Assembly (NCBI GenBank): GCA_039028615.1
Contig: JBCCHT010000046.1
Location: 1 to 64,000, forward strand
Reading direction: 5' to 3'
DNA length: 64,000 bases
Origin: Myxococcota bacterium
Lineage (GTDB): Bacteria > Myxococcota_A > Polyangia > Nannocystales > Nannocystaceae
Shown: positions 10,601 through 21,533 of the stretch, piece by piece
Layout: every line of letters begins with the position of its first letter
How positions within the stretch are numbered: the first letter of the stretch is position 1
Position numbers and translations under genes: made by a program
Notes under the pieces: generated by a model
The model's input: only the letters and a program-made list of their open reading frames with translations
What the model was told of the DNA's origin: nothing
Databases searched by the model: none

Positions 10601-11440
10601 ATGAGCAAGTCGGCTGCGCCTGTACCCCGGGTCCGTCCACGTGGACGCAAGAGCATGGCCGCCAAGGCCGATCGTCACGCTTTGTACGAGCTGTCCGTGC
10701 AAGCGCCCGATACCGACGCGGCCACGCTGGCGTCGCTGTATCGCCGCTTTCGCAAGCGCGAGGCCCTGACGCTGCGCGAGGACTTCTGCGGCACGGCCGT
10801 GCTGTCGCTGGCGTGGGTCGAGTCGAAGAAGAAGCGCACCGCGATCGGAGTCGACCTCGATCAGCCCACCATGGACTGGGGGGTCGAAAACCGCATCGGG
10901 CCCGCGGGGCGCAAGGTGGCCGATCGCATCGACCTGCGGCGCGCCAACGTGCTCGAGGGCGTGGGACCCAAGGTCGACATCGCGGCCGGGCTCAACTTCT
11001 CGTACTTCATCTTCCACGAGCGCGCCGACCTGCTGAAGTACTTCCGCACCGCTCGCAAGGGCCTGGCCGAGGACGGGATCTTCGTGCTCGACCTGGTGGG
11101 TGGCTGGGAGTCGATGGCGGTGATCACCAACCGCCGCAAGGTCACCGATTTCAAGTACCGCTGGGACCAGCGCAGCTTCAACCCGCTGACGCATCGGTTC
11201 TTGTGCACGATCAGCTTCGACTTCCCCGATGGGTCGAAGCTCGAGGACGCCTTCGTCTACGACTGGCGGCTGTGGACCAGCCCCGAGCTGCGGGACCTCC
11301 TGCTCGAGGCCGGGTTCTCCAAGGTTCATCTCATGTGGGAGCGGGTCGACGACCAGGGCGAAGGCACGGGCAAGTTCCACGAACCGAAGAACGTCGACAA
11401 CCACGACTCGTGGTGGACCTACATCGTGGCGGAGCGCTGA
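10601..11440 (+). CDS. Class I SAM-dependent methyltransferase ('LREDFCGTA' family), paralog 1
   Basis: Motifs ADRH.LYE.SVQ.P, LREDFCGTA (motif I variant), GVDLD, NFSY and AF.YDWRLW..PELR. Start is 10601 or 10634. Confidence 0.85.
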   Translation: MSKSAAPVPRVRPRGRKSMAAKADRHALYELSVQAPDTDAATLASLYRRFRKREALTLREDFCGTAVLSLAWVESKKKRTAIGVDLDQPTMDWGVENRIGPAGRKVADRIDLRRANVLEGVGPKVDIAAGLNFSYFIFHERADLLKYFRTARKGLAEDGIFVLDLVGGWESMAVITNRRKVTDFKYRWDQRSFNPLTHRFLCTISFDFPDGSKLEDAFVYDWRLWTSPELRDLLLEAGFSKVHLMWERVDDQGEGTGKFHEPKNVDNHDSWWTYIVAER

Positions 11441-11446
11441 ACGACG

Positions 11447-13084
<1,638 letters not shown>

Positions 13085-13180
13085 CGCCTCGAACGGGCAC
13101 AGGAGCGCCGTTGGCTCGGCTCCCGGGTTCGAGCCGCGGCCGGGTCCCTCGCGCGGCCATGTAGGGGTAGACTCCCCGGC

Positions 13181-14830
13181 ATGTCCCTACTGCGCTCTCT
13201 CGATGCTCGCTTCGTCGACCTGATGACGAAGCACCGCGTGGCGGTCATCGTTGGTTTCTGTCTTCCGGCCAGCAAAGTCTTCGGGGCGGCCTATCGAGCA
13301 CGGCAGTGGGTGCAGCGGCGTCTCTCCTCGCCGGAGGAGCACGACAAGCGGGTCCGTGAGATTCAAGATCAGGTCCAGGCCTGGAATCAGCAGCCCGAGG
13401 ACCAGCGCAAGCCGATGTGCACCGACCGTGCACCCTGGGTGAACCTCAGCACGCGCTTCGTGAACAAGAAGGCCCTGCACCGCATTCGGCTGGGCAACCT
13501 GCGCTCCATCCTCGACATCGACACCAACAAGCGGACGATCACCGTCGAGCCGCTGGCCACGGTGGGCGAGGTCAGCAAGGAACTCGAGAAGCACGGCTTC
13601 ATGCTGGCGGTGACCCTCGAGGTCGAGGACGCCACGGTCGGCGGCCTGGCCATGGCGGTGGGCATGACCACGCACTCGCACAAGGTCGGGCTCTACCAAG
13701 AGACGGTACGGGCCTACGAGATGGTCACGGGCGATGGTCGCCTGGTGCGGGCCACCGAAGACGAGAACTCCGACCTCTTCCACGCCCTGCCCTGGTCGCA
13801 CGGCACCCTCGGCTTCCTGGTCTCGGTGGAGCTCGACATCATCCCCATCCAGTCGCACGTGCGCCTGCGCTACGAGCCGGTCTACTCGCAGGAGGAGTAC
13901 TGTGAGCGGATCCGCGAGCTGTCGATGGGTGAAGACCTGCCCGACTTCGTCGAGGCCACCGTGTTCACCAAGGAGAGCGCGGTCGTGATGTCGGGCGACT
14001 TCGCCACGCCCACCACCCCCGAGGAAAAAGCCAAGATCAACCCCATCGGGCGCTGGCACAAGCCCTGGTTCTTCAAGCACGTCGAGTCCTTCCTCGAGCG
14101 CGGCGCCGACGAGGAGTACATCCCTCTGCGGGACTACGTGCACCGCCACGACCGCGCCATCTTCTGGACGCTGCGGGACATGATCCCCTTCGGCAACCAC
14201 CCCGTGTTCCGCTGGGTGGCCGGGTGGGCGTGCCCGCCTCGGATCCAGATGCTCAAGCTCACCACCACGCCGGGCATCCGCGAGCTGACGTTTACCAAGC
14301 AGGTGTTCCAGGACATCGTGCTGCCCCTGACCTCGCTCGAGCGGGCCATCGAGCTCTCCGAGCACCTGTTCGACATCTATCCCGTGCTCGTCTACCCCTG
14401 CGCCATCATGGACCACGGCGACGGCAAGGGGCAGCTGCGGCCGCCTCGCCCCGACACCCTGGTCCCCGGCAAGAACTACGGCATGTACAACGACCTCGGG
14501 GTCTACGGCGTGCCCGCGGCGGTCAAGCGCGGCGAGCCCTACAACGCCACCCTGGCCATGCGGGCCATGGAGCACTTCACCCGTGAGGTCGGCGGCTACT
14601 CGTTCCTCTACGCGGACACTTTCATGAGCGAGACCGAGTTCCGCGAGATGTTCGACCACACGCTCTACGACCAGGTTCGTAGGGACTACGGCGCCGAGGG
14701 GGCCTTCCCCACGCTGTACGAGAAGACCAAGCCCGAGGTCGACGTCATCTCCATCGGCAACACCACGGGCGAAGAGCTGCTGGTCGAGACCCCGGTCGAG
14801 GTCTTGCCCTCGAGCCGCAAGACGCACTGA
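13181..14830 (+). CDS. Delta24-sterol reductase-like FAD oxidoreductase (DHCR24/DWF1 family)
   Basis: N-terminal hydrophobic segment, H.KRV.EIQ.QV..WN...KPMCT.R.PW, TVGGLAM..G..THSHK.GL, ALPWSHGTLGFL, I.RWHKPWF.KHV, EYIPLRDY.HRH.R.IFW, IPFGNHP.FR, LYADTFM..EF.EMFD..LY..VR..Y.A.GAFP.LY.K. Confidence 0.88.
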   Translation: MSLLRSLDARFVDLMTKHRVAVIVGFCLPASKVFGAAYRARQWVQRRLSSPEEHDKRVREIQDQVQAWNQQPEDQRKPMCTDRAPWVNLSTRFVNKKALHRIRLGNLRSILDIDTNKRTITVEPLATVGEVSKELEKHGFMLAVTLEVEDATVGGLAMAVGMTTHSHKVGLYQETVRAYEMVTGDGRLVRATEDENSDLFHALPWSHGTLGFLVSVELDIIPIQSHVRLRYEPVYSQEEYCERIRELSMGEDLPDFVEATVFTKESAVVMSGDFATPTTPEEKAKINPIGRWHKPWFFKHVESFLERGADEEYIPLRDYVHRHDRAIFWTLRDMIPFGNHPVFRWVAGWACPPRIQMLKLTTTPGIRELTFTKQVFQDIVLPLTSLERAIELSEHLFDIYPVLVYPCAIMDHGDGKGQLRPPRPDTLVPGKNYGMYNDLGVYGVPAAVKRGEPYNATLAMRAMEHFTREVGGYSFLYADTFMSETEFREMFDHTLYDQVRRDYGAEGAFPTLYEKTKPEVDVISIGNTTGEELLVETPVEVLPSSRKTH

Positions 14831-14843
14831 CACGGAGCGAGCC

Positions 14844-15710
14844 ATGGCCCACGAGACCCTGATCGACCCCGAGACCCTGGCCGCACATCTCGCCTCGCCC
14901 GGGTCGCAGCGCTGGGTTCTCGTGGACTGCCGCTTTGCCCTGGGGGACCCCGAGGCGGGTCCTCGGGCGCACGCCGAGGGCACCATCGCCGGGGCCCGCC
15001 ACGCGCATCTCGATCGGGACCTGTCGGGGCCGATCGTCCCGGGCGAGACCGGGCGTCATCCCTTGCCCACCCGCGAGGCCTTTGTGCAGACGCTGGGACG
15101 CCTGGGGATCGATGCCGACACGCAGGTGGTGGCCTTCGACGACAAGGGCGGGGCCTTCGCCTCCCGCCTGTGGTGGATGCTGCGCTGGGTGGGCCATGCC
15201 GCCGTGGCCGTGCTCGACGGAGGGCTGCCCGCCTGGACGGCGGCCGGCCATGCGCTGGTGCCCGGCGAGACGAACGTTCCGGCCACGCGCTTCGAGGCAC
15301 GACCGTCTCTGGTCGCCACGGCCGATGCGAGCGAGGTGCTCGCGGCCGCGACCGATGCCGGGGTCGTGGTGCTCGATGCTCGGGCGGCCAATCGCTATCG
15401 CGGTGAAGACGAGCATACCGATCCCATCGCGGGGCACATCGCCGGGGCTCGTAGCGCGCCCTTTGCCGGCAACTTGGGCGAGGGCGGCCGCATGCGCAGC
15501 AAAGACGAGCTGACGCAGCGGTTCCGCGGGCTGTTGGCCGGGGCGGAGCCCGAGCGGGCGATCGCCTATTGCGGCTCCGGGGTGACGGCGTGCCACGACC
15601 TGCTGGCGATGCACCACGCGGGGCTGCCCATGCCGCGGCTATATCCCGGGTCGTGGAGCGAGTGGATTACCGATGAGAGCCGGCCGCGGGCCACGGGGGC
15701 CGAGCCCTGA
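14844..15710 (+). CDS. Tandem-rhodanese sulfurtransferase (SseA/3-mercaptopyruvate type)
   Basis: Motifs GRHPLP, ASRLWWML...GH, LDGG..AW, GHIAGA, active site YCGSGVTAC, and LYPGSWSEW. Confidence 0.93.
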   Translation: MAHETLIDPETLAAHLASPGSQRWVLVDCRFALGDPEAGPRAHAEGTIAGARHAHLDRDLSGPIVPGETGRHPLPTREAFVQTLGRLGIDADTQVVAFDDKGGAFASRLWWMLRWVGHAAVAVLDGGLPAWTAAGHALVPGETNVPATRFEARPSLVATADASEVLAAATDAGVVVLDARAANRYRGEDEHTDPIAGHIAGARSAPFAGNLGEGGRMRSKDELTQRFRGLLAGAEPERAIAYCGSGVTACHDLLAMHHAGLPMPRLYPGSWSEWITDESRPRATGAEP

Positions 15711-15716
15711 GCCACG

Positions 15717-17006
15717 ATGACCGAGATCGGTGAAGGCGTCAGTGTGCCTCCGGATCCGCTCTCGGTGGATCTCGGGGCGGAGGAGCCGGCCGACGAAGCG
15801 ACGTCGTGCACGCTCGAGCGGATCAAGGTCCGCATCAGCGTGTTCTTCGACGGCACGCTCAACAACCGCGCCAATACCCGTTACGGCCAGGCGAACGACC
15901 CCGACTTTGGCCAAGGCAGTTCGAGCTATCATAATGAGCTGAGCAATGTGGCCCGGCTCGAGGAGCACGTCGAAGAGGCTCCAGAGTACGACTACTCCAC
16001 CAGCATCTACGTCGAGGGCATCGCCACGCGAGACGATCGCCGAGACCTCCGATTGGGTTCGGCGTATGGGATGTGGCGAACCGGCGTGAGGGCGAAGGTC
16101 GAGCGGGGCAAGAACGCCGCGATTCGCTGGCTGCGTCGCATGGTCGGCGAAGACGTGGTCGTAGAGACGCTGACCTTCGACGCCTTCGGCTTCAGTCGAG
16201 GGGCCGCGGCCGCACGCAACTTCATCCACGTGATCCGCGAGGCGTACGTCGACCAGACCTTCGCGGGGATGACGGTGGAGGAACTCGAGTTCGGCTTCGT
16301 GGGCCTGTACGACACGGTGGCGTCCTACGGCGGAAACCACGGCAACGACACCGAGGAGCTGCAGCTCGACGCGGTCCAGCACGCCCGCTTCGTCTTGCAG
16401 CTGGCTGCGGCGGAGGAGTACCGCGAGAATTTCCCGTTGACCAACATCGTCAGTGCGCCCGAGGGGCGGCAGATCTACCTGCCCGGGTCGCACTCGGACG
16501 TTGGCGGGGGCTATGTCGATGGCGGCTCCGAGGACAAGGCGCTATGCGGGGCGTCCGGCGGGTCGGGCCGGATCGAGGCCGAAGGGCTCCGGCGCAAGGT
16601 CCTGGCGGAGAACTGGTACAGACGCGATGAGACGCGAATCGTTCGGCGTCCCAGTGCGCACAACCGCGTCGACCGCTACAGCCTCCGGGTACGTCGTGAG
16701 GACATCGCCAAGGAGTACAGCTACATCCCTCTTCACGTGATGGCCGACTTCGCCATCGAGCACGGCATGAACATCGGCGAAGGGCTGCGTAGGAAATTCA
16801 AGATCCCGAGCGACCTCGCGCCCATCAAGGGCACCATCGATGCTCATATCGCGAACAACGAGGCGTCGACACCCGAGCACTGGCAGGGGGTCTGGACCAT
16901 CGCCAATTTTCGCCACGACTACCTTCACTTCTCGGGGAGCGAGGACATCGGGATGGGCGTTCGTTTCGTGGACCACCGACCGGAGCGGGAAGTCCACGAG
17001 GGCTGA
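15717..17006 (+). CDS. DUF2235 alpha/beta hydrolase, Tle1-like phospholipase effector
   Basis: Motifs FFDGTLNN, SNVARL, YVEGI.T, GFSRGAAAAR (GXSXG), GLYDTVAS, EYR.NF.L and PGSHSDVGGGY. Confidence 0.88.
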   Translation: MTEIGEGVSVPPDPLSVDLGAEEPADEATSCTLERIKVRISVFFDGTLNNRANTRYGQANDPDFGQGSSSYHNELSNVARLEEHVEEAPEYDYSTSIYVEGIATRDDRRDLRLGSAYGMWRTGVRAKVERGKNAAIRWLRRMVGEDVVVETLTFDAFGFSRGAAAARNFIHVIREAYVDQTFAGMTVEELEFGFVGLYDTVASYGGNHGNDTEELQLDAVQHARFVLQLAAAEEYRENFPLTNIVSAPEGRQIYLPGSHSDVGGGYVDGGSEDKALCGASGGSGRIEAEGLRRKVLAENWYRRDETRIVRRPSAHNRVDRYSLRVRREDIAKEYSYIPLHVMADFAIEHGMNIGEGLRRKFKIPSDLAPIKGTIDAHIANNEASTPEHWQGVWTIANFRHDYLHFSGSEDIGMGVRFVDHRPEREVHEG

Positions 17007-17008
17007 CC

Positions 17009-17938
17009 ATGGCGGACTACGAGTGGCTCGCCAGCGAGAGCGCTCCCGCTGGTTTTCCCATGAAGGTGCTCTCAGGCGGTTTCACCGACCCCGCGGGCGG
17101 CTTCAAGTACGTCCCGCCCAACAAGGTCATCCATCATGGCTGGGGCACGCCCGTGTCGACCCATCTCGTCGGCGAAGACATGGCGCCGCTGCCCAACCGG
17201 CTCGAGATCGAGTTCTTCTCGTACGCCGAAGATGCCAGCTACGCCGGTTCTTTCGAGCTGCCGGTCGAAGCCATCGAGGCGCTCTTCGAGGCCGGTTACC
17301 ACAGCCGTAGGCTCGGCGAGCACACGACCTACGAGCGGCTCACGGTGGGCATCGCACCCGGTGGCCACGTGACGGTGTGGGCGGTGGGGGTCGACCGCAC
17401 CGCCGAGGTCTGGTCCGGCTGCGCTCCCGAGGTGGAAGTCGACTTCGAGCGGGTCGCAGGCAAGATGCTCACGCCCCGTGAGGAGTACGTCCGCGGGCAG
17501 CTGCAAAGACGTCTCTCGGAATCACAGCGTTCGACTCTCGATCACGACGGAGTGCCGATCGGTCGCTGGGAGCAGTTTCGGCTGCGCTATCCGTGGTCGC
17601 TGGCCTTTGATGGTTTTCGACCGGGCGTGGTCGGCCCGCTGGAGCTGTTCAACGGCGAGCAGGAAATCGTCGAGTGGCGATCCGAGGGCGGGGTGTGGTT
17701 CCGCCCCGTCCCCCGGGCGCTCGAGCTGCGAGTCGAGCTCGGCGGTCGCCGGAGCCTGCGCTACCTGCTGCGCTTCGATCGAGCGGAAATCTTCTCCGCG
17801 TTCACCCAGCTCGCGGTCGCCGACAAGCCAATGGAGCTGTCGATCGGTATCGCAGGGGCGCTCTCGGTGTGCCTGCGAAACCCGGACGAACGGCTCGCCC
17901 TCGACCACACCCAGCTGCAGCGTTTCCTCGGCCGCTGA
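17009..17938 (+). CDS. DUF2931-like protein, putative Tle1 immunity protein
   Basis: EW....SAP.GFPM.V..G, GWG, LP.RL.I.FFSY.E...Y.G.F.LP, GIAPGG.V.VW, P.G.W..FR.RYPW. Starts 2 nt after the DUF2235 gene. Confidence 0.75.
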   Translation: MADYEWLASESAPAGFPMKVLSGGFTDPAGGFKYVPPNKVIHHGWGTPVSTHLVGEDMAPLPNRLEIEFFSYAEDASYAGSFELPVEAIEALFEAGYHSRRLGEHTTYERLTVGIAPGGHVTVWAVGVDRTAEVWSGCAPEVEVDFERVAGKMLTPREEYVRGQLQRRLSESQRSTLDHDGVPIGRWEQFRLRYPWSLAFDGFRPGVVGPLELFNGEQEIVEWRSEGGVWFRPVPRALELRVELGGRRSLRYLLRFDRAEIFSAFTQLAVADKPMELSIGIAGALSVCLRNPDERLALDHTQLQRFLGR

Positions 17939-17947
17939 CTCGGGATA

Positions 17948-18628
17948 CTAGCTGCTCACCGCACACTCGCTCGGCGGTGCTTCGAAGCCCTCGGCGTCGA
18001 CCGTGCCGAGTACCTGCTCGCAGGTGTTCACGGAGTCGAAGCACATGAAGCGCTCGCCCTCTTCGAGCGTGCGGGTGAGGCGGAAGCAGGCAGCCTGGGC
18101 ATGCCGGGTGCACTTGCGCTCGCTCATTTTCATGCCCTTGCCTTCGCGCCACAGCAGGCGATCGATGCATTGATCTTCGGTGCGACGGCACTCGCCGAGC
18201 CGATGCTCGCCCTGGGTGCCCTCGAAGCACCAAAAGCCCCTGCCCGTGTCGGGATCGAGGCCGGCCGCGAGCATCGTGGCTTGTTGCTGTCGGTCGGACT
18301 CCTCGCGCATCACTTCGCGGTTGTGGACCTCTTCGCGTCGCAGCTGCTCGAGCTTGGCCTCGGTGGCGGCTTGGTTGGCTTGCTCCCGCGCACACTCCGT
18401 GTCGGAGGAGAGCCAGCAGTTCTGTGAGGTGGGGGTGCTGGGCGAGTACTGCGAGGCGATGGAGGAGGGATAGCGGGTCGACGATGAAGGCTCGGAGGTC
18501 CCGTTGCCCAGAGTCATCTCGCTGCAGGCACCGACACCCGCGACCATGAGCCCGAGCAAAGCGGCCGTAATGCAGGGGCGGAGCCTAGACACAGGAACCA
18601 GCATGGCATCGAGCAAACCCGGCCGCAA
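17948..18628 (-). CDS. Cys-rich lipoprotein, hypothetical
   Basis: Lipobox VAGVGAC, Ser/Thr linker, coiled segment and C-terminal Cys-rich domain. The true start may be 18604. Confidence 0.65.
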   Translation of the reverse strand: MRPGLLDAMLVPVSRLRPCITAALLGLMVAGVGACSEMTLGNGTSEPSSSTRYPSSIASQYSPSTPTSQNCWLSSDTECAREQANQAATEAKLEQLRREEVHNREVMREESDRQQQATMLAAGLDPDTGRGFWCFEGTQGEHRLGECRRTEDQCIDRLLWREGKGMKMSERKCTRHAQAACFRLTRTLEEGERFMCFDSVNTCEQVLGTVDAEGFEAPPSECAVSS

Positions 18629-18646
18629 CGCGGGGCGTGATGCAGA

Positions 18647-19837
18647 TCAAGACGCGAGCGAGCCCGACTGCACCGTCGCGACGAGTCGTTCGCCCGCGCG
18701 GCGGGCACCTGCGATGTTGCGAGCCCCGGGGCCGAGCTCGAGCTCGGCCAGCGCGCCCGCGCAGTAGACGTTGGCGTGCCAGTGGAGGTACGGGTCGACC
18801 AGCGGCGTGCCGCACCGAGCTCGGGTGAAGCCCGAGTGGATGGGCAGGCTGTTCAGCAGGTTCGTGCCGGGCATCCCCGCGAAGCCGGTGGCGAGCACGA
18901 CCGCGTCCGCCTCGACGGAGCCGGATTGGAGAGCGAGGGCCATGCCATCGTGCAGCGCCAGGCAGCCGCGGATCGAGCCGCGGATCGATCGGATATGTCG
19001 TCGGCTGATCGCGGCTCGCAGCTCGCGATGCACTTCGGCGGGCATGGTTCCCCGATGACGCGCGCCGTCGATGACCCGGCGACGCTCGGCCGCGTCGCCG
19101 ATGCGCAGGAAGGACCGCATCTTGGCGGGGCCGAGCCACATGGGGTCGCTGTCGAACTGCTGTCGGCGGAAGCGGTGGCGACACACCATCGTCACTCGCT
19201 TGCCCGCGTCTCGGAGTCGCAGCGCGATCTGGGCTCCGGTGATGCCTCCGCCCACGACCGCCACCGAGTGCACGTCGACGCGCTCGTCGAGACTGAAATC
19301 GGGATCGAACACGTGCTGGATGCGGTCGGGCCGGGCTTCGCGGGCGGCCACGGCCCACGCGGGCCAGGCACGAGCGCCGTCGCTGCCGAGGGCGAGCACC
19401 ACCCGAGCCGCTTCGAACTCGCTTCGATCGGTCTTCACTCGCAGGGTCCCGCTCGGGGTGGGGTCCAGGGCTTCGACCGTCGCCTGCTCGAAGCGATCGT
19501 TCAGCCCGTAGCGATCGATGACGAAGCGGCAATGCGCTTGGAACAAGGGGAGCGCAGGGCGAGAGTAGGGGGCGCGGAAGGGTTGCTCGCATGGCTCGTC
19601 GGGTCGCCACTTCGCCGCGAAGCTGCGAAGTGACCACGGATCCATGTCGAGGTGATGCACCGAGGGCGAGCGGAGATGAGTCATCCCCGTCCGGCGGGTG
19701 CACGTCGTCCAGTGCTCGAGCAGCTCAGCGTGGGGGTCGACGATCTGAAGGTCCTGGGGCGGGACCCCCGCGTTCAAGAGGCTGACAGCGACGTGAACAC
19801 CATGCGGTCCGCCGCCAACGATGAGCCAAGGCACCAT
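18647..19837 (-). CDS. FAD/NAD(P)-binding oxidoreductase (flavin monooxygenase-like)
   Basis: Two Rossmann motifs (IVGGGPHG, VVGGGITGAQ), plus LRSPSVHH, VVLATGF and GALAELELGP.ARNIAGAR. ATG at 19837. Confidence 0.85.
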   Translation of the reverse strand: MVPWLIVGGGPHGVHVAVSLLNAGVPPQDLQIVDPHAELLEHWTTCTRRTGMTHLRSPSVHHLDMDPWSLRSFAAKWRPDEPCEQPFRAPYSRPALPLFQAHCRFVIDRYGLNDRFEQATVEALDPTPSGTLRVKTDRSEFEAARVVLALGSDGARAWPAWAVAAREARPDRIQHVFDPDFSLDERVDVHSVAVVGGGITGAQIALRLRDAGKRVTMVCRHRFRRQQFDSDPMWLGPAKMRSFLRIGDAAERRRVIDGARHRGTMPAEVHRELRAAISRRHIRSIRGSIRGCLALHDGMALALQSGSVEADAVVLATGFAGMPGTNLLNSLPIHSGFTRARCGTPLVDPYLHWHANVYCAGALAELELGPGARNIAGARRAGERLVATVQSGSLAS

Positions 19838-19857
19838 GAACCTCTCTTTGTGATTCC

Positions 19858-19889
19858 TGCAATGAATTTGCAAGTGCAAGTTAGTTGCG
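19858..19889. promoter_or_regulatory. Tandem palindromic operator boxes, likely Zur/Fur-family
   Basis: TGCAA-TGAAT-TTGCA (19858-19872, perfect dyad) and TGCAA-GTTAG-TTGCG (19875-19889) in an AT-rich divergent promoter upstream of a COG0523 gene. Confidence 0.7.
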
Positions 19890-19928
19890 ATAGCTTTGGA
19901 TGGGCTGGTATCGATGCCACACCTGCCC

Positions 19929-20990
19929 ATGCAGTCACGGACGAAGATCACGATTCTCGGCGGCTTCTTGGGCTCGGGTAAGACGACGCTGCTCAACGAG
20001 CTGATTCGTGCCACCGACGAGCCGCTCGCCGTGATCGTCAACGACTTCGGATCGATCAACGTCGACGCGCAGCTGATCGGTGGCCACGAGAGCATCGAAG
20101 GCGAGGTCGCACTGCAGAACGGCTGCATCTGCTGCTCGATCCGAGGCGATCTGCTCGATGCCGTGCGCACGATGGTCCGGCGCCCCTCGCCGCCGCGGCA
20201 CATCGTCATCGAGACCAGCGGGGTCTCCGATCCCATCGCGGTCGCGCGCACCTTCTTGCACCCGCAGGTGGCCGAGCTCGTCCTGCTGTCGACCATCATC
20301 GTCTGCGTCGATCCGACCGAGTTCAACCTGCTCACGGAGAGCCAGTGGAAGCTGGCCTCCGATCAGGTGCGGGCGGCCGACTTCGTCGTGCTCACCAAGT
20401 GCGACGTGGCCACCCGCTCCGAGCGGATCGCGGCCCGGGCCGTGCTGAAGAACATCAGCACCGACCTACGCGTCCTCGAGTCGTCGCGGGACGAGATGCC
20501 GACCGACCTGGTCATCGACTCGCCGCGAATCTGGAGGAATCTCTTCGCGGACTGGGAGGTCCGCGAGTCGGCGCATGTGCACGAGGTGGGCGGGCACCAC
20601 CATCACCATCACGACGGCCCCGCGTTCGAGACCTGGACCTTTCGTAGCGAGCGCCCGATGTCCTTGTATGGTCTACGCCGCGCGCTGCGGAAGCTGCCCA
20701 AGGAGGTCTTCCGCGCCAAGGGCTTCGTCTACGCGGCGGAGGACCAAGCCACCAAGGTCGTCATGCAGGTGGCGGGGCGTCGGGCCGAGCTGTCCGAGGT
20801 CGGAGCGTGGGCCGAGGGCGAGGCCGCGACCGAGATCGTGTTCCTCGGCGCCGAAGGGTCCCTCGATCCCGCCAAGCTGCAGGAGCTGCTGGAGTCGTGC
20901 GCGAGCGATCGCGTCGCCTCCACCGAGGGCTTCATGGACGAGATGCTGGGCTTCTTCAACCGCATGCTCAGCGGTCTGCCTCAGCACTGA
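19929..20990 (+). CDS. CobW/COG0523 family GTPase metallochaperone
   Basis: Motifs GFLGSGKTT, VIVNDFG, GCICC, IETSG, TKCD, a His-rich stretch HVHEVGGHHHHHH, and C-terminal VFRAKG. Start is 19914 or 19929. Confidence 0.94.
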   Translation: MQSRTKITILGGFLGSGKTTLLNELIRATDEPLAVIVNDFGSINVDAQLIGGHESIEGEVALQNGCICCSIRGDLLDAVRTMVRRPSPPRHIVIETSGVSDPIAVARTFLHPQVAELVLLSTIIVCVDPTEFNLLTESQWKLASDQVRAADFVVLTKCDVATRSERIAARAVLKNISTDLRVLESSRDEMPTDLVIDSPRIWRNLFADWEVRESAHVHEVGGHHHHHHDGPAFETWTFRSERPMSLYGLRRALRKLPKEVFRAKGFVYAAEDQATKVVMQVAGRRAELSEVGAWAEGEAATEIVFLGAEGSLDPAKLQELLESCASDRVASTEGFMDEMLGFFNRMLSGLPQH

Positions 20991-20991
20991 C

Positions 20992-21384
20992 TCAGGCGTC
21001 GGCCGTCGCCGAGTTTCGCAGGTGGAAGTACAGCGTGCGGCGGTGGCTGCAGGTGCCGCAGCGCATCTTCACCGCGCGTAGCCGACGGTCGTCGTGATGC
21101 TCGACCTCGTGCGCGTCAACGTGGGCGGGCGAGTTGCAGCGCGGGCAGGCGAGCGAGGTCGCGCGGGGCTCGATGGCGGCGGCGGAGGCCACCTCGATGG
21201 GGTGGGTGGGACTGCCCCCAGGCAAGCGCGCTTCGTTGCGGGCCCGCATGTGCTCGGCTTCGACCGCGTCGGCCTCGGCTCGACGCTCCCGTTCGAGCAC
21301 GCTCGAGCGTCGTCCCACCAGCACGAGCAGCCACGCCAGGGCACCGAATACGGCGAGGCCGAGGCCGATCTGCACCCAGGGCAC
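20992..21384 (-). CDS. Small membrane-anchored Zn-ribbon protein
   Basis: N-terminal TM helix followed by CPRC...CGTC. Confidence 0.65.
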   Translation of the reverse strand: MPWVQIGLGLAVFGALAWLLVLVGRRSSVLERERRAEADAVEAEHMRARNEARLPGGSPTHPIEVASAAAIEPRATSLACPRCNSPAHVDAHEVEHHDDRRLRAVKMRCGTCSHRRTLYFHLRNSATADA

Positions 21385-21533
21385 GCCGTAGCATGGCAGC
21401 TTCGGGGCAGGCGGTCACGATGCTGCCGACGGGGCGGAGCGCGCGCTGCCCGGGACGGGTCTCCTTGCCGACCCGGGTTCGAGAACGCCCGTCGCCCGCC
21501 GCGCCGAGTCGTCGGGGTGAACTCTAGAGCCGG

